This document shows positions 32,601 to 45,000 of a DNA stretch of 64,000 nucleotides, piece by piece; within the stretch, counting starts at the first letter, position 1; each line of letters starts with the position of its first letter. The position numbers were made by a program, and so were the translations under genes. This stretch comes from Raillietiella orientalis. Its lineage: Eukaryota. The notes below the pieces were generated by a model that did no database searches, was not told the origin of the DNA, and saw nothing but the letters and a program-made list of their open reading frames with translations. The DNA lies in the NCBI GenBank assembly GCA_036172245.1, contig JAYWIR010000005.1:806001-870000 (forward strand). Reading direction: 5' to 3'.

Positions 32601-35600
32601 CTCTTTCCAGCAGCGGGACCTCGCCGCCTTCTTGAAAAGGCTGCAGCCGTCGCTGGAGTTCGATGGCGACAGCGGGACGTCGGCCGTGGACGGCAAGGTA
32701 CGCCGCCATCCTCTTCCTGGCAGCGATGCCGGGGAGTCTCCTTGGTGACCACCGCTCTCCGGGGCGAGGGAGGGCAAAATTCAGATGGGGAACGCGCGAG
32801 AAAGGAGGGCGACGACCTACTCCGTAAAATCCCGGATGACCAACAGCTCCCCCCCCCGTTTCCTTGAGAACCGGCGTCTCGGCACGCCTCTCTCCCGTCC
32901 ATCCTCCCCTCTCCCCCTCGAGCGAGAGGGGAGGGGTGGACTCTTCGGGATGAACGCCGACGAGGTCATGTGGGGAGGGCGGGGGCGAAGGGAACCTTCG
33001 GGGGCAGTCCCCGCAACAGATTTTGACCCCCTGTCAAGGACTTTGCGGAACTCCCCGTCCCTCCGGAAGGGCAGCGCAGGCTCTTTCGCTCGTGGCGCCC
33101 TCACTTCGCCTCTCCTGTTTCCAAAGCAACCCGTCCCGAACGCGGCGAAATGCTGTGCTGGCGCCGCGGGAATTCGCTTCGCGCAGAGGGGGGTCGACTT
33201 GTGGACTCGGACCTCAAGGAGATAACGGGGAGGAGGGAGGGTGCCCTGGGGCTGCTGACCGCGGGCAGCAGGGGACTGTTTGTTCCTTTCCCACAGTTTT
33301 CGCCGCAGGAGGATTTCAACCTCTCTCTCCGCCCCACCCTTCGGAGTAGAACGGTCGGATGGTCACGCCGCAGGCGAGCCATTCTCCCAAGGAGGCGCGC
33401 GTCTCCTAGGGAGTGACCACCAAGGAAAAGGGGGGCGAAAGTCAGGAACGGAAAAAGTGAAGAAGGGGATCGGCAGACCCAGTGGCTCTTGTGGCTTCGG
33501 AGCGTCTCCCGAAAAACTTCCCTGTTGACGAGTGCAAGAAGCGCGGCAGCGCCGCCTGCGGGAAAATCAACGCAACCGAACGTCAAGTGTGATCCCGAGA
33601 GCACGCAAAGAGAGAGGAGAGACAGGCGTGGAGTGAGGGAGGGTGAAGTAGGGCTTTCCACTTCGCGAGAAAAGATCCATCCCACCTTGCCCCTGCCACG
33701 CGCCTCCGAAAAGGGCGACGCGCTCACGAGCTGCAGAGGCAGGGAAATGGAGCCTCCTCCATCTAGCGACGGTCCCGAGAAGCTCCTTCGTGCTAGCAGG
33801 AAGGTCTACCGAAACGGGCTGCTGATAAAAGAGAGTGCCGACTTGAGGGGAGGGGTAGGATTCTTGCCGGGATGAGCCGGGGAGGAACCGCACCCACCCC
33901 TCCTCCCTCCTGAAACGGCACGCACGAGAGAGCTGCTGCTGCCACCTCCAGGTTGCATCGTGATACGGGCGAGGCTGGACGGAGGCGCTGGCGCCGATGC
34001 CCCCTCCTTCACCTGCACCGGCGTCACGAAGTAGCTTCTCAGCCAACCATAGGGAGCTGAGTCGTTGGGTATTCCTCGAGGGCAGGCCGAGCCAAGTCTC
34101 CGGAAGACCCTTTGCGCGTCCCCCGCTCTGATCTCCTTTTGCTCGCTTTCCTTCGTCCGAGTGCAGCCTCCTCGGGAGCGGGAAGTCGAGGGGATTCGAC
34201 GGCGCTTCATGAAGAGACGGACGCTGCCAGGTCCTCCCAATCTCCCCGCGAGGCAGCACCACCCTCGGAGAGCAAGGTTTTGAAAAACGTCGTGGAGTGC
34301 GCCATCTGTCTCAACCTCTGGCGGAAGGCCGACCCTTCGCGAAAGTTATGCCACGAAGACCTCGAACTGAAACTCTGCGCGCTCCCATACAGGAAAGAGC
34401 CCCGTTGCCTTGCCATCCTTTGGGCTTCGTGCCCTGCCCTCGAGGAGTCTCTTCCGACCCCTTTCTGCAGGCTCTCCTCCATCCCGCTATCTTCCGGCTG
34501 TTGGCCGGAAGCTTTCAGGGGAAACTGTACCGGGCCTGCCACGATCTACCACTTGCACCCCCGGCATGGCCCTCAATGGTTGCCTAAGATGATTTCTTCG
34601 AGCAGTCGCTCATGTTCCATTATTGCCGCAAGGCTGTCTCCGCCATTCCTGCAGTGTTTAGCATCATTGCTGAAACCAAGATTTTCGCCATTCTCCCTCT
34701 CCATCGCTATTTTTTATCCACTGCTGCAGCCTTGGAGCCCCTGCCGTCAGCATTTCTGTCGCTGCTCCTTGCGGTTGCTGCTGTCGCCACTTCGCTTTAT
34801 CTTGCCGGCGTCATTGATGTTGCGATGGCTCACCGTGCTGCGATTTAATGCCACATCCCCTTCCTTCGGTTAGCTCCCCGTTTCCTCTACGCAAAAGTTC
34901 TTTTCCTTCCGGAGAAAGAACAGCTTCCGGAAACTTTCGTCGCGCAAGCCATCTTGGCAGGAGCTTCGCTTTCCGGGCATCTGCTCTTCCTTTTTGCCAT
35001 CGTTTTCGTGCTGTTTACCAGTCGATGGTATGGCACCCACCCCCACCTGCAGCGCAGTGGTGCAATCGGCGTAATGACGGTTTCCTCATCACAGACTGGG
35101 GCTACAGGATCCCGAACTCGCCAGATAAGGCTGCTTTCAACATCCACGACCCGCCATTACGAACGGAACAAGATGCAGACGACGGAGTGATTCCCCCTTG
35201 GGCTCAACAGCTTCTGCGTGTCCTTAGACCAACGCCAGACCATGCCGAGCGGGGCAGTTCGTCCGGGTTGGATTATGTTGTAGAAAAGACAAAGTGTCTG
35301 GCATGGTGCGTTGGGGGGGGGGGGGGATGGAAAAAAAATGGAAAAAAAAAAAATGCACGGGGAACTGCATTTGCTAAACCCGCAAAAAATACGATTCCAC
35401 CACCGCGCCCTCGGCAGTGTTTTGCGGAGGCACGGCGTTTTGCTGGAAGCTACTCGAAGTTTTGCTTTCCCGCTCACGGCATGACGGTGGGATTCCCGAA
35501 CACGCAAACGGAGACATAGGGAAGCTTCGATCCAAGACGCATGAGCAGAGACAGGAGGAAGCCCTAGCGAAAAAGCCTCCGAACTGGGGATGCTAATAAT

Positions 35601-38600
35601 CTCAATCGAGGACCTGGAGGGGATGAAGAAAAATGAACGCCAAAGGGGACAGTGAAGTCCCTGCGAGCTGTCCCTGGCAGCCATGAACGCACAGTAGTCG
35701 TACAACAACGATGAACCATACCGACTCTGTCTTCGTGAAAGGGAGGAGCCAGCCGCGAGTCCCCGAGTGCCGGCATGCCATTGATTCATTGATCAATCAA
35801 GAGATGGCGAGGTCGATCGTTTCGCGCTCCTGTTCGCTGCACGTACGGCGCAGAGAACGGTAGCGCTTCCACGCGGCCTTCCGGACTTCGTAAAGCGCCC
35901 GAATTTTTCCACATCCCAAGGGTGCACCCTGACTCCGGGTAAAGGCGGAAGCACTCTTGAAGGCGTCGAAGGAAGTTTCGCCCGTCGAAGAAACGAAGGC
36001 GTTTCCTCCTCTTCGGACAGGAGAAGAAGCCGTCTCGTCCGTTCGGAGGACCATTCTGCTCCCGGGTCAGGGCACAGCGAAAGCGGAGGGTGCGTCTCCA
36101 TGATGGCGCCCCCTGATGATGGTCACTTCACGGTGCAGCTGATCATTGAATTCCTGTCGCCGAAGGGAGAGTCGACCCGCACGCTAAGCGATGCCCTTTC
36201 ACCCCTCGCATAGGTTGCTCACACCCTGCAGCACGCCCCCGACTCCGTCTTCTACCCCAGTCGTCTGCACTGACCTCGAGCAATGCGCGATCTGAGACGT
36301 CCCACCCGTCGTCCGCGCCGTAGAGGCTTTTGGATCTCGCCCGCCACACACCCCTTTTCCTCCCTGAGGGGAGGGAGGAAGAGGCAGTCTCTGCCTGACT
36401 CTCCCTGGAAAAGAGGCAGAGCTTTCTCGGATACCACCATCATCGAGCCAGCACCACGCAGACTCATCTATCACCGAAGGAGAGGGAAGTAGAAGGCGGC
36501 GGTGCCCTACCCGCAGTCGCGGATGCAGCTGCAGACCCTCCGGAGAAGAGTGGTGGGAGGGAAGAGCCAACAGTCTCTCTGTGCTCCGCCCCAACGCCAC
36601 CGGCGGCGTGTTTCAGTCCAAGAGCGCATGCTCAGCTCCCTCGCTCTCGTGCAGGAAGAATGCGACTGTGGCACCACCTGGCGCGCGCTCCCTACGCGCC
36701 TACTTAAGGGGCGGGACCGTGACGTTTCTCCCGACGGTCCCACGGTCTCCAAGGGCGGATCTCCACGAGGAAAACCTCCGGGGAATGACGCCCATCCGCG
36801 GGCGTCGGTCACTGGATGGTCTCCAGGGAGTGGCACGCACTTCCTTGGCGACGAGATCCGCAGGAGCAAAGGTCGCTGGGGTAGGAGAAGACGCTGCGGT
36901 CACTCTCTAGGCAGGGGACAGCAGCACTGTGCGGCAGCGGGAAGGATAGAAACGGGGAGGGGAGGGGTGTGGTCCACTGACGACGAACGGGTTGGGCGGC
37001 GGCTTTGAACGGCATCCGGAGCGGAAGTGCGCGCACCCACGTGGAGGAAGTGCAGGACTTCGCTCACGAGGGAAGGGAAGCGTCGATGGGCGGGAAGGCG
37101 CGCAGACAGCTTTGGCGACAACTCAGAGTCCTGGAGTTGGCACCCCGGTTCCGAAGGACTGCAGGAGCAGCAGCTGGGGCGGAGGAGCTTCCCGTTGCCC
37201 CTCGTTACTGCACAGCGCTGCTACACTCTGCTCGGAGAGTGGTTGCAGCAGCTTTCCCTCCTCCAGGGAACTCTCGTCGCCTTGGCAGCAGCCCTCGCCG
37301 TCGCCGCCGCGTCCGCCTGGCAACCAGACCAAAGCCTCCCTCCTCTGCAAGCGACGCCGTGGCGTGCTCCCCGAGTTACCGCCGCTCGGAGCGGCCCTTT
37401 CGCTTGTTTTGCCCAGGGCTGCCCTTCCATGCAGTCTCATATTACCCCTTCACTCTTGGACGCGTCTGGCAGACGGCCACATCCCCGTCCTCCCCCTCCT
37501 CCCTCGCCACTTTTGCCGCCATCTACGCGGTCCGACTTTTGGTTCCGCGGAACGGCGGAGAGATGCCGTATTTAGAAAGTCTGAGGTGGCCGAGGTGCCC
37601 GTCGTTCCCAGGACGACGAAAAGGTCATTTACGAGGCACCTCTCCTGCGCAGGAGGAGGTTCGTCCTAGGCGCTGTCCTTGCGATCCCTCGTGCCCCTAT
37701 AAAGGCAGCAGCCGGGGGCAGATCACGCGCAGCACTAGCAGTGCCTCCCACCACTAGCTGCCCGAAGTTCCAGAACGCCCGGGACGGGCATCTGGGAAGG
37801 ACTGCTTGAGGAGCTTCCGCGCTTCCCGAACGCGGGTACCGGCCTCCCCGTGGGCCATGTCCGGAGGACTTCCGAGGGAGGGCTCGTCCGCAAGAGAAGA
37901 AGAGACGTTGCCGGACCCGGCTCTCCCTCTATCCGTCGGAGCTCTTGCGGGCCAAGAGGCATCGAGGCGCCCCGCGCTCCACCATTCCGGAGACTGCCTG
38001 CATTGTGGCAGTGGCGTTCACAGCGGAGAGCGCGGAAACTCTGTCCGCCGTTTCGGTGAAGCTGTGCCAGAGGCAATGCCACCAGTGGACGATTACCTGG
38101 AAGTCAGGGCAGATTTGACGAAGCCGTTCCCTATCGGCGGAGGGCGCTGGAGAGAGGAAGGAGACTGTGCGAACCGGTCACCGAGGCAAGCCGTCCTTAC
38201 TCCCTCTCGATTCCTTCCATCTAAGGACCGGGAGGAAACTCGGGGAAAGCCAAGTCCCCTCCCTGGTGACTTCTCTTCGACCCTACCTGCCCCGAGGGAA
38301 CCCGGAAAGCAGCTCCCGGGATCGCTGAGGATACTGTGGCGGCTCCATTCGCGCTGGTGGCACCAGGCGCTTCGATGACCACCAGTCCGTCCCAGCACTA
38401 CTGACTGGACCTTGACTCCACCTCACAGCTCCTCTTCCATCGCCCTCGGTCCCCTTCTTGCTCACCCGCGGCTTCCCGGTCAACTTCCGGTCCAGATTTT
38501 CCCTGGAATACCCTCCTCCCTGCTCTCTTTCGGAACCATCCCTGCCCACCCATCCGGCAGGGATGTTTTCCACCTGTTTTCACGGAGACTGCGTCAAACT

Positions 38601-41361
38601 CCTCCATTCAATCGGGTTCGCTCCTCTCACACCCTTCCTTCCTTCCCGGAAAATGTGGCACCGCACCCACCCTCGAGTGTTTCGCGCTCCTGGAGCCAGG
38701 CGGAGCACTCGGGAAGAAATCCGAACGTCGCCATTTTGCAAATGTCTTCGGAGTCTGACCGCGCGACGGGACGGATCGCAGCGCCATTGAGGGCCGCTCC
38801 CACCACATAAGACCTCACATACGAGGCAGTGAGCTCGCTTAGTGAGATCTGCAGCCCCCAAAGCACGAGCTGGCCAAAGGCGTGCGTAAGCCACAAGAAC
38901 ACTGACCGTAAGATGGGTGGAGGAGGATCCCTCTGCACATATGGCCCCTGCGAGCACTCCCGCTGGCTTCGCATGGAGTCGAGGCAGCATCAAAAAGCTT
39001 CCCGCTGAGAAAAACCAGGAACCCCTTCCTCTCCCGGGACACCGTAGGCCACGGCCGCCAGTTTCGCAGCGCCTCTCGCGAGTGCACGCACTGCAAGGTC
39101 AAAAATGGCTCCCACAATGCCTCCTGAAAACTGGCAACACGGCGAGAACACGACCGAGATCCACCGGGCTTCTGGCCGCGGCAGAACAGCCTGGCCTCCG
39201 CGAGAACAAACTGGCGCCACAACCGCTGCCAGTCCGGACACGTCTGCGTACCTGAAAATCACACATATCGCCCCCCCCCCCCCTCTTCTGTTCCCCGTTA
39301 AACGGAGAGAAGACCCGTGGCGGCAAAGCTGCTTTCTCTTCCCGGTTCCGATCCTGGTTAACTCCGCGGAACGCGTTCCCCCACAGAATCAGGAAATGGG
39401 CTGCGTCGCAGCGCTCGGCCACTTCCGCCCACCGAACGGCCGGAACCGCATGCGCCGTTCCGGTGGTCCCTGTCGTCCAACGAAGAGGCCGATCGCAAGC
39501 AGAATTGCAAGTTGGACGGCGGGAAAGCAGACGCCACCGGCCGAAGATGAGCAGATGTAAAGATCACGAAGAGGTGGTGACGTCGATGCACTTTTCCGCA
39601 TTTGCACCAAAAGAACGAGAGGAACGAACGTGGATCGCCTTCGTCGGTCTCAGTTTGGCCGCCCACGTTCCCTTATAAGTCCCGAGTGCGCACATCGCAA
39701 GCGCAAAGGGAATTCGAGGGTAAGCGCACCTGCCAGCACCTTTTGTACTTCCGGTTTCCGCCTTGTTGAGAGGGTCCGGCCGGCTGGGAGCTCCCCCGTC
39801 CGCACTACCCGCACCGATTCCAAAAGTCGAGGCGATGTTCCGCTCCCGAATGGTTGTGAGGAGGAAGAGCCGCTCCCGAAGGCGCGAGCAGCTCTTCCTC
39901 TTTCTTTACCCGTCTCCACCCCGAACGGCAGCTGGGTGTGCGTACGCTGCAGGCGTTCCCGAAAACGAACTCTGCGTGGAAGGTGGCGGTGCGCAAGGAA
40001 GGTCTCTCCAGGCTCACTCGATCCAGCAGGGGGAACTTTGGGTCTCGACTGCTCCTGCGAGTCTTCCGCGATCTACTCAGGGGTACCACCGATGAACCAT
40101 GCAGCGTCTCCGCTGTCCTCCTGCGTTGAAGGCACCAAAAAAAAAAGGGGGGGGGGAAGAGATGGCGCAACTCAAAAAGAGGCCTCCCGCCCACACGGAT
40201 TTCCTTATCTTCGGAGATGACATCCGGACCCTGCGTTCCCCGCGCATCCCAGCAACGCTTTTTATCAGAGTCCATCGAGATATCGTGGAGCGCATCTGAA
40301 ACAGGATGCCGTCGGCGGCACGAGCTTTCAAACCACTTGCGCAAAAGCTTTCACCAACTGCGCGGAATCTTCAATGGAATGAGAAGGAACGCGCGTGGAC
40401 GAGTTCTCGGATGTGACGTCATATCCGTCGTCAAAGGATGGCGTTGCAGGGAGAGGGAAAGAGAGGGGAGGGAGGGAGGGGGTAGACGGCAAGGAAGCTC
40501 CTGCGAAAAGCGAAGGGAGGGAAAGGGGGGCTGCACAATCGATCGTGGGGTCAGCTGAACTCGGCGACGGGTACGCCGGAGGCAGTAGACGGAGACTGTG
40601 GCGCTCCCGGACCACGTGCACCTTCCTTGGCTAGCTTTCTTGGGCGTCACCAGGGTGGCAGCGATTGATGGCTCAAGCGCTGGCCGGAGGAAACGGCGAC
40701 GGGCACCTCAGTAGCAAAGGTCGCCTTACAAGACGAAGGACACGGAGATCGGGCAAGGTGACTCGAGCTTAAAAAGTTTCGAGTCACGGCACAGACGCAG
40801 CCAGCCCTGGGGGACTGACTGGGGGGAGGAGGTCAAGAGGGAGCTGGTCTCTTGACACGAGCAGGAGGCGCTTCCGGGGCACGTGACAGAGTGCTGGACA
40901 AGCGATGGAAAGGCGCCTGCTTCCCTACGGCACCCACGACGACGGTCGCAACGTGCTCCCCACAGCTTTCCCAGGGATGTCGCGGGACGCAGCTGAAAGC
41001 AAGAGGGGAGGAGACACGTCGCTGCCGTGGGAGACCCTGCGACCAATGAGGAGGGCACTCTGGGAGATGAGGACATGACCTTTCCTCCCTTCCAGGCGCT
41101 GCTCTTCCTCAAGTCCGTCCAGCGGAACCCTTCCCGCATGACGGCTGGGGGCTACTTCGATCTCGACAGGAAGTTCATCGTGCAGGTACGTGGAGCCTCC
41201 TCGACCTCTCTCTCTCCCTCGTCTCCGATGGCAACTGCGGCTGCGAGAGGAGTTCCGCTGACCTCTCGTGCGAGAGCACGCAGATCCTTAAGTTGTTCCC
41301 CCCTCAGGTAGCGACGACGATGACGATATACGTCCTGGTGGTCCTCCAGTTTCCGGACTGA
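28744..41361 (+). CDS. Gustatory receptor family (Gr / 7tm_7 chemoreceptor), 4 exons, 388 aa
   Basis: Exons 28744-29679, 32611-32697, 41096-41185, 41308-41361 (1167 nt). A long hydrophobic first exon is followed by three phase-0 introns, the typical arthropod Gr layout. C-terminus LLFLKSVQRNPSRMTAGGYFDLDRKFIVQVATTMTIYVLVVLQFPD matches the TAxGxFxLD..(T)YhhhhhQF signature. Confidence 0.88.
29927..30177. mobile_element. Possible MITE (hAT/P-type termini) in Gr intron 1
   Basis: CAGGGTTGCCA (29927-29937) and TGGCAACGCTG (30167-30177) form a 10/11 inverted repeat; A-rich interior with tagcgac/ggcgac motifs. No target-site duplication is visible. Confidence 0.4.
32611..32697 (+). CDS. Gr exon 2
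   Basis: ctctttccag|QRDLAAFLKRLQPSLEFDGDSGTSAVDGK|gtacgc; 87 nt, phase 0-0, strong splice sites (cagcag tandem acceptor). Confidence 0.75.
41096..41361 (+). CDS. Gr exons 3 and 4 (41096-41185; 41308-41361), TM7 signature
   Basis: ALLFLKSVQRNPSRMTAGGYFDLDRKFIVQ|gtacgt ... ccctcag|VATTMTIYVLVVLQFPD*. Confidence 0.9.
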
Positions 41362-41798
41362 AACGTCCCGCCCCCTGTCTTCCTTGACCCCTCCCGGAGA
41401 GGAACGCACGATTTGCAGGTCTGCCGCCGCTGTCGTGGTCATCACAGATAGGGGTGCTCTCCCCACTGCCCGCTCCCAAGCATCGGATTCCACGGGAACG
41501 CTGGGTGCCTACCGCTAGGCCGCTGGACTCGAAACGTTCCCAACGGTCGGCCTTTTTTGCCGTCCCGACTGACTCCTCATGAAAAATTTGGGGAAGCTCG
41601 CAGAATGGCCTCGAGCGGAGCACTCGAAGTGCAGGAGCGCGCCAAGATGAATGGGCGGCTGCCCACCCGACGTCCCTTGGCCTCGAACTGTGAGGAAGGA
41701 GCGAGGTGTGTGTATGTATGTGTGTGTGTGTGGGGGAGGGGGCGGCTGCTGCAGACGACAGTGTTTTTGTGTGCTTGCAGCGAGACACCCGCAACAGA

Positions 41799-41804
41799 AA
41801 TAAA
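41799..41804 (+). terminator. Probable Gr polyadenylation signal
   Basis: First AATAAA noticed after the Gr stop codon. Confidence 0.55.
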
Positions 41805-42030
41805 AGGCAAACGACGAAGGGAGGCACTCGAGTGGTTAACATTTGACAACAAACGGTTTTACTTTACAACAATCTAGAAACTGCTAGGGGCAAGAGCTAG
41901 GATGACCCTCCGTGATGTCGACTGCGGCGCAGGCGCGCGGATTCCCTGCGAAGAGCTCAGTGGTGCGTGGCGTTTGCGAGGAGGGCTCATCGGTCCAAGA
42001 ACCAAGCTACAGAAGCAATCCTCGACGGCC

Positions 42031-42096
42031 TCAGGCGTTCCTCAGTGGGGCCTGGTTGATGTTCAAGGGGAGACTTTCGGCGCGTTTCACTGGAAC
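42031..42096 (-). CDS. Cobl: Cobl-like last coding exon
   Basis: Long pyrimidine tract then ctgtag|VPVKRAESLPLNINQAPLRNA*; completes LKKV. Confidence 0.72.
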   Translation of the reverse strand, partial: VPVKRAESLPLNINQAPLRNA

Positions 42097-45000
42097 CTAC
42101 AGAGAAGTAGAGAGAGAAGGGGGGAGGGAGAGGAGGAAGAGAGAGTCCGAAATCGCATCGCAGTGCTACGCCGCAACAGCGAAACGTCCGGTTGCACGCT
42201 GCGCGAACGCGGAGCCGAACACGGGACCTCGGAACACCATCGCGGTTCAGTTGGGAGCAGTGGGGCGGGGAAGGGAGGGAGGGTTAATGCAAGACTCCAG
42301 GAAGCTGCTGTGCTGGTGAGACCCCCTCGTCTTCAAGAACTCATTCGTACCTCGACCAGGGAAAGATTAGTAGATGGAATTTTTCGCAGGGTGTCCTTTA
42401 GCTCAGTGGGGTCCAGGGGAAGGTTCGGCACGACGTGCAGCACCATTCTGAAGGGGATTTCGGGTGTTTCCTCGTTCAAGCAGGCGAGAGAAGTTCCGGT
42501 GCGCGTACGCATAAGTGGGTATGCAGGAAAGAGAAAAGAGCGTGGCGGAAACGGGGCCCTCTCAAGAGCAGAGGAAACTCCCGGCATTGTGCGTTGACAA
42601 AGTTGAAATGGGTTTGGTGGTGGAAACGGACACACGACGGGTCGCGTAATTCGAGTCGTTTGTGCATTTCTTTTCAACCATGCATGCGAGAACACCCGAA
42701 AACACCCATCGGGGAAAGGAGAGATAAGAGGAGTCGCGTGCCTTTTCGAAAAAGGAAAGGAGATGCAAATTTCATCTCAGCCGAAATGCCGAGAAACGAG
42801 CGAATCGATAGGGCCTGCACGACCTTTAGACGAAAAATCGAAAGTTCCTCCAATGACCGAAAAGTGACCACGAAGAAAAGGCTTTCGATATCTGCCCGGC
42901 CGACTTGGACGTCCCGCACCGTTCGGTCGGCAGAGGAACGCTCTCCATGCGACCGGTCGCTGACGCGCATCCGTGCACCCAGAAAAAAGGGGTTGAAAAA
43001 AAGGGGGCCGCGCGGATGGGGAATTTTTTCCGGACGGGAAGCGCGCAGGAACCGCGGATTTCGGAGGGACGTGGGCGGTTTTCTCCGCGTCTCTTACACG
43101 CAGGCGACAGGTAGCCTCGCCACAGCACTTTTCCCTCTGGGACGTTGGAAACGGGAAAATTTGGAAACACTTGCCTTTTTCAGGTTGGCCTGACCCCCGA
43201 AGTTCTTTATGGCTTCACAGAGCTGATGCCTCGCTTCCATCTGCGTAACAGGTTTCGGGACTCGGAATCCCTTCTGGGATCGGGGATTGTTCACAGTAGC
43301 ACAAATGACCTTCACGTTATTTACTTCGGCTTTCAACCCTTCTCCCGGTTCGGCGGACGAAAGCGTTACCACGGATCGGTAACGAACTCCGGGTCTGTCG
43401 TCGCAGGGTTTCTGGGATTTGACTTCTGTCTGTTCGCAAGCTCGAGCGACGTTGGCCACTGACGCTTCGATCACTATCTTGCTACCATCCAGCTGCGGAT
43501 CGGCTTGCGACCCTGAAGGATGGCGCGAGTTGACTTTCAGTTCACGACGCAGTTGATCAAAGCATTCGGACTTTGAGGCTTCGGCGTTTGGAGGAACGGT
43601 TCTCCTTTGTTCCAGCGTGCTGTGGCTCGGTGCGCCTTTTGCGGATTCCTCCTGAAGGTGCTGCGTGGACTCGTATTTTGTTGTTAAGTGGTCCAAGGAG
43701 ACGGGCCTTCTGATCTGCATTTTGCTCGTCGTGGTGGTCCTGAATTCGACTGCATTGGGGCTTTCCTTGGAATCGAACGAAGACTCGTGGAGTGTGTGCA
43801 GCTGCCTGCTGACCGGCTGCGGCACTTCTTTTCCTGCCTAAACATTTTAAAAAACAAAAAAAATTCAGTTTTTTGGATGGAGAAAAAAGTAGGATGCGCA
43901 AGCATGCTTTCCGGATGCAACACGGATGAGGAGCATCATCACCACTGATCGGACGCATTGGGCAGGTTTGATTAAGGGCTGAAGAATAATAGCGACCTAC
44001 CCCGAGAGAATACGGAAGCAACACAAAATCTAGGAAGATGCAGGTCGAAAATACTCTTTCGGGAAATTCTCTAAGGGGACGTGTAACCGCGAAAGGCTGG
44101 CAAAGCAGGAGACAGTGTCGCAAACAACGGTTCTTACCTGTCTGCTGGGGCAACAGCAGCAACACCCACTTCCTCTGTTAAGCGAAATCTGAATGCTAAT
44201 CATGATGAGGTACAGACAATATTGACACAGAGAACAGAGTGTGACGGAGTTCCGCAACCGAATAAAGCCGCCTGGCACACGACCATCAACACGTAGCTTT
44301 CAAGGCGCAGCGTTTCAGTAACGACGCCAATTACCACTTGAACCAGACGGCACACCGCCTTCTATTTAGTGTACCACATGGAAAACGAATCGCCTCGCCA
44401 CTGCGTATTCTTCACATCGACCTTTCTATGTACACGCGCGGGATTACCAATCCAGAGACTGCACAGACCTTGGGTTTCTGCTGTCCCCCCCCCCCCCTCC
44501 AAAAAAAAAAAAAAACCCGTTCACGGAACACAGAAGTTTGAGCAGTACAGGAACACAGAGGAGAGCTTCCATTCCAGATCCAAACAAACGAAACAGCAAC
44601 GAATGACCTTCCTTCAGGGTTAGCGAGCACCTTCGGACAATGAAACGTTAGCCGAGGAGTAGAAGCCATTAGGTGGGACGATTTGCCAGGTGGAAGGCCG
44701 GCAGGTTGGAGCGCTACGTGTTGTGTCGATAAGAGGCTGGGTCAGGGTGCATGAGGATGGAAGAAGAATGAGAGCTTCGATCGAACAGAAAGGGAAGCTG
44801 GCTGGGGTCGGCGGTGCAGTCGAAAGCCCTGCAGAGGTCAGGAGGGGTGGAGAAGGTGCGGGTGCTTATGGGGAGGGCTGGCAAAAAGCGGAAGTCGCCA
44901 GAGCATGTTACTGGAACCGGCCGTCAGACGGGATCACTGAAGTCGCACGAGGAGTTTCGCAAACTCCACGGGGGGTGAAGAGCGGTTCGGGTGGGGGTGG

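Noticed and set aside
34280..34420. RING-finger-like start VVECAICLNLW..DPSRKLCH
   Set aside because: The remaining Cys/His ligands are not correctly spaced and there is no exon structure.
36112..36155. Hammerhead-ribozyme-like CTGATGA plus stem
   Set aside because: A stem II can form, but the required GAAA core and stems I/III are missing.
37698..38378. TATAAAG followed by an ORF in Gr intron 2
   Set aside because: The ORF has no TM segments or known motif; no support beyond the TATA-like word.
44030..44278. Minus-strand ORF with Gr-like 'GGFIRL..YLIMISIQ'
   Set aside because: Superficial resemblance only; no matching exon boundaries or upstream TM exon, and it lies within a Cobl intron.
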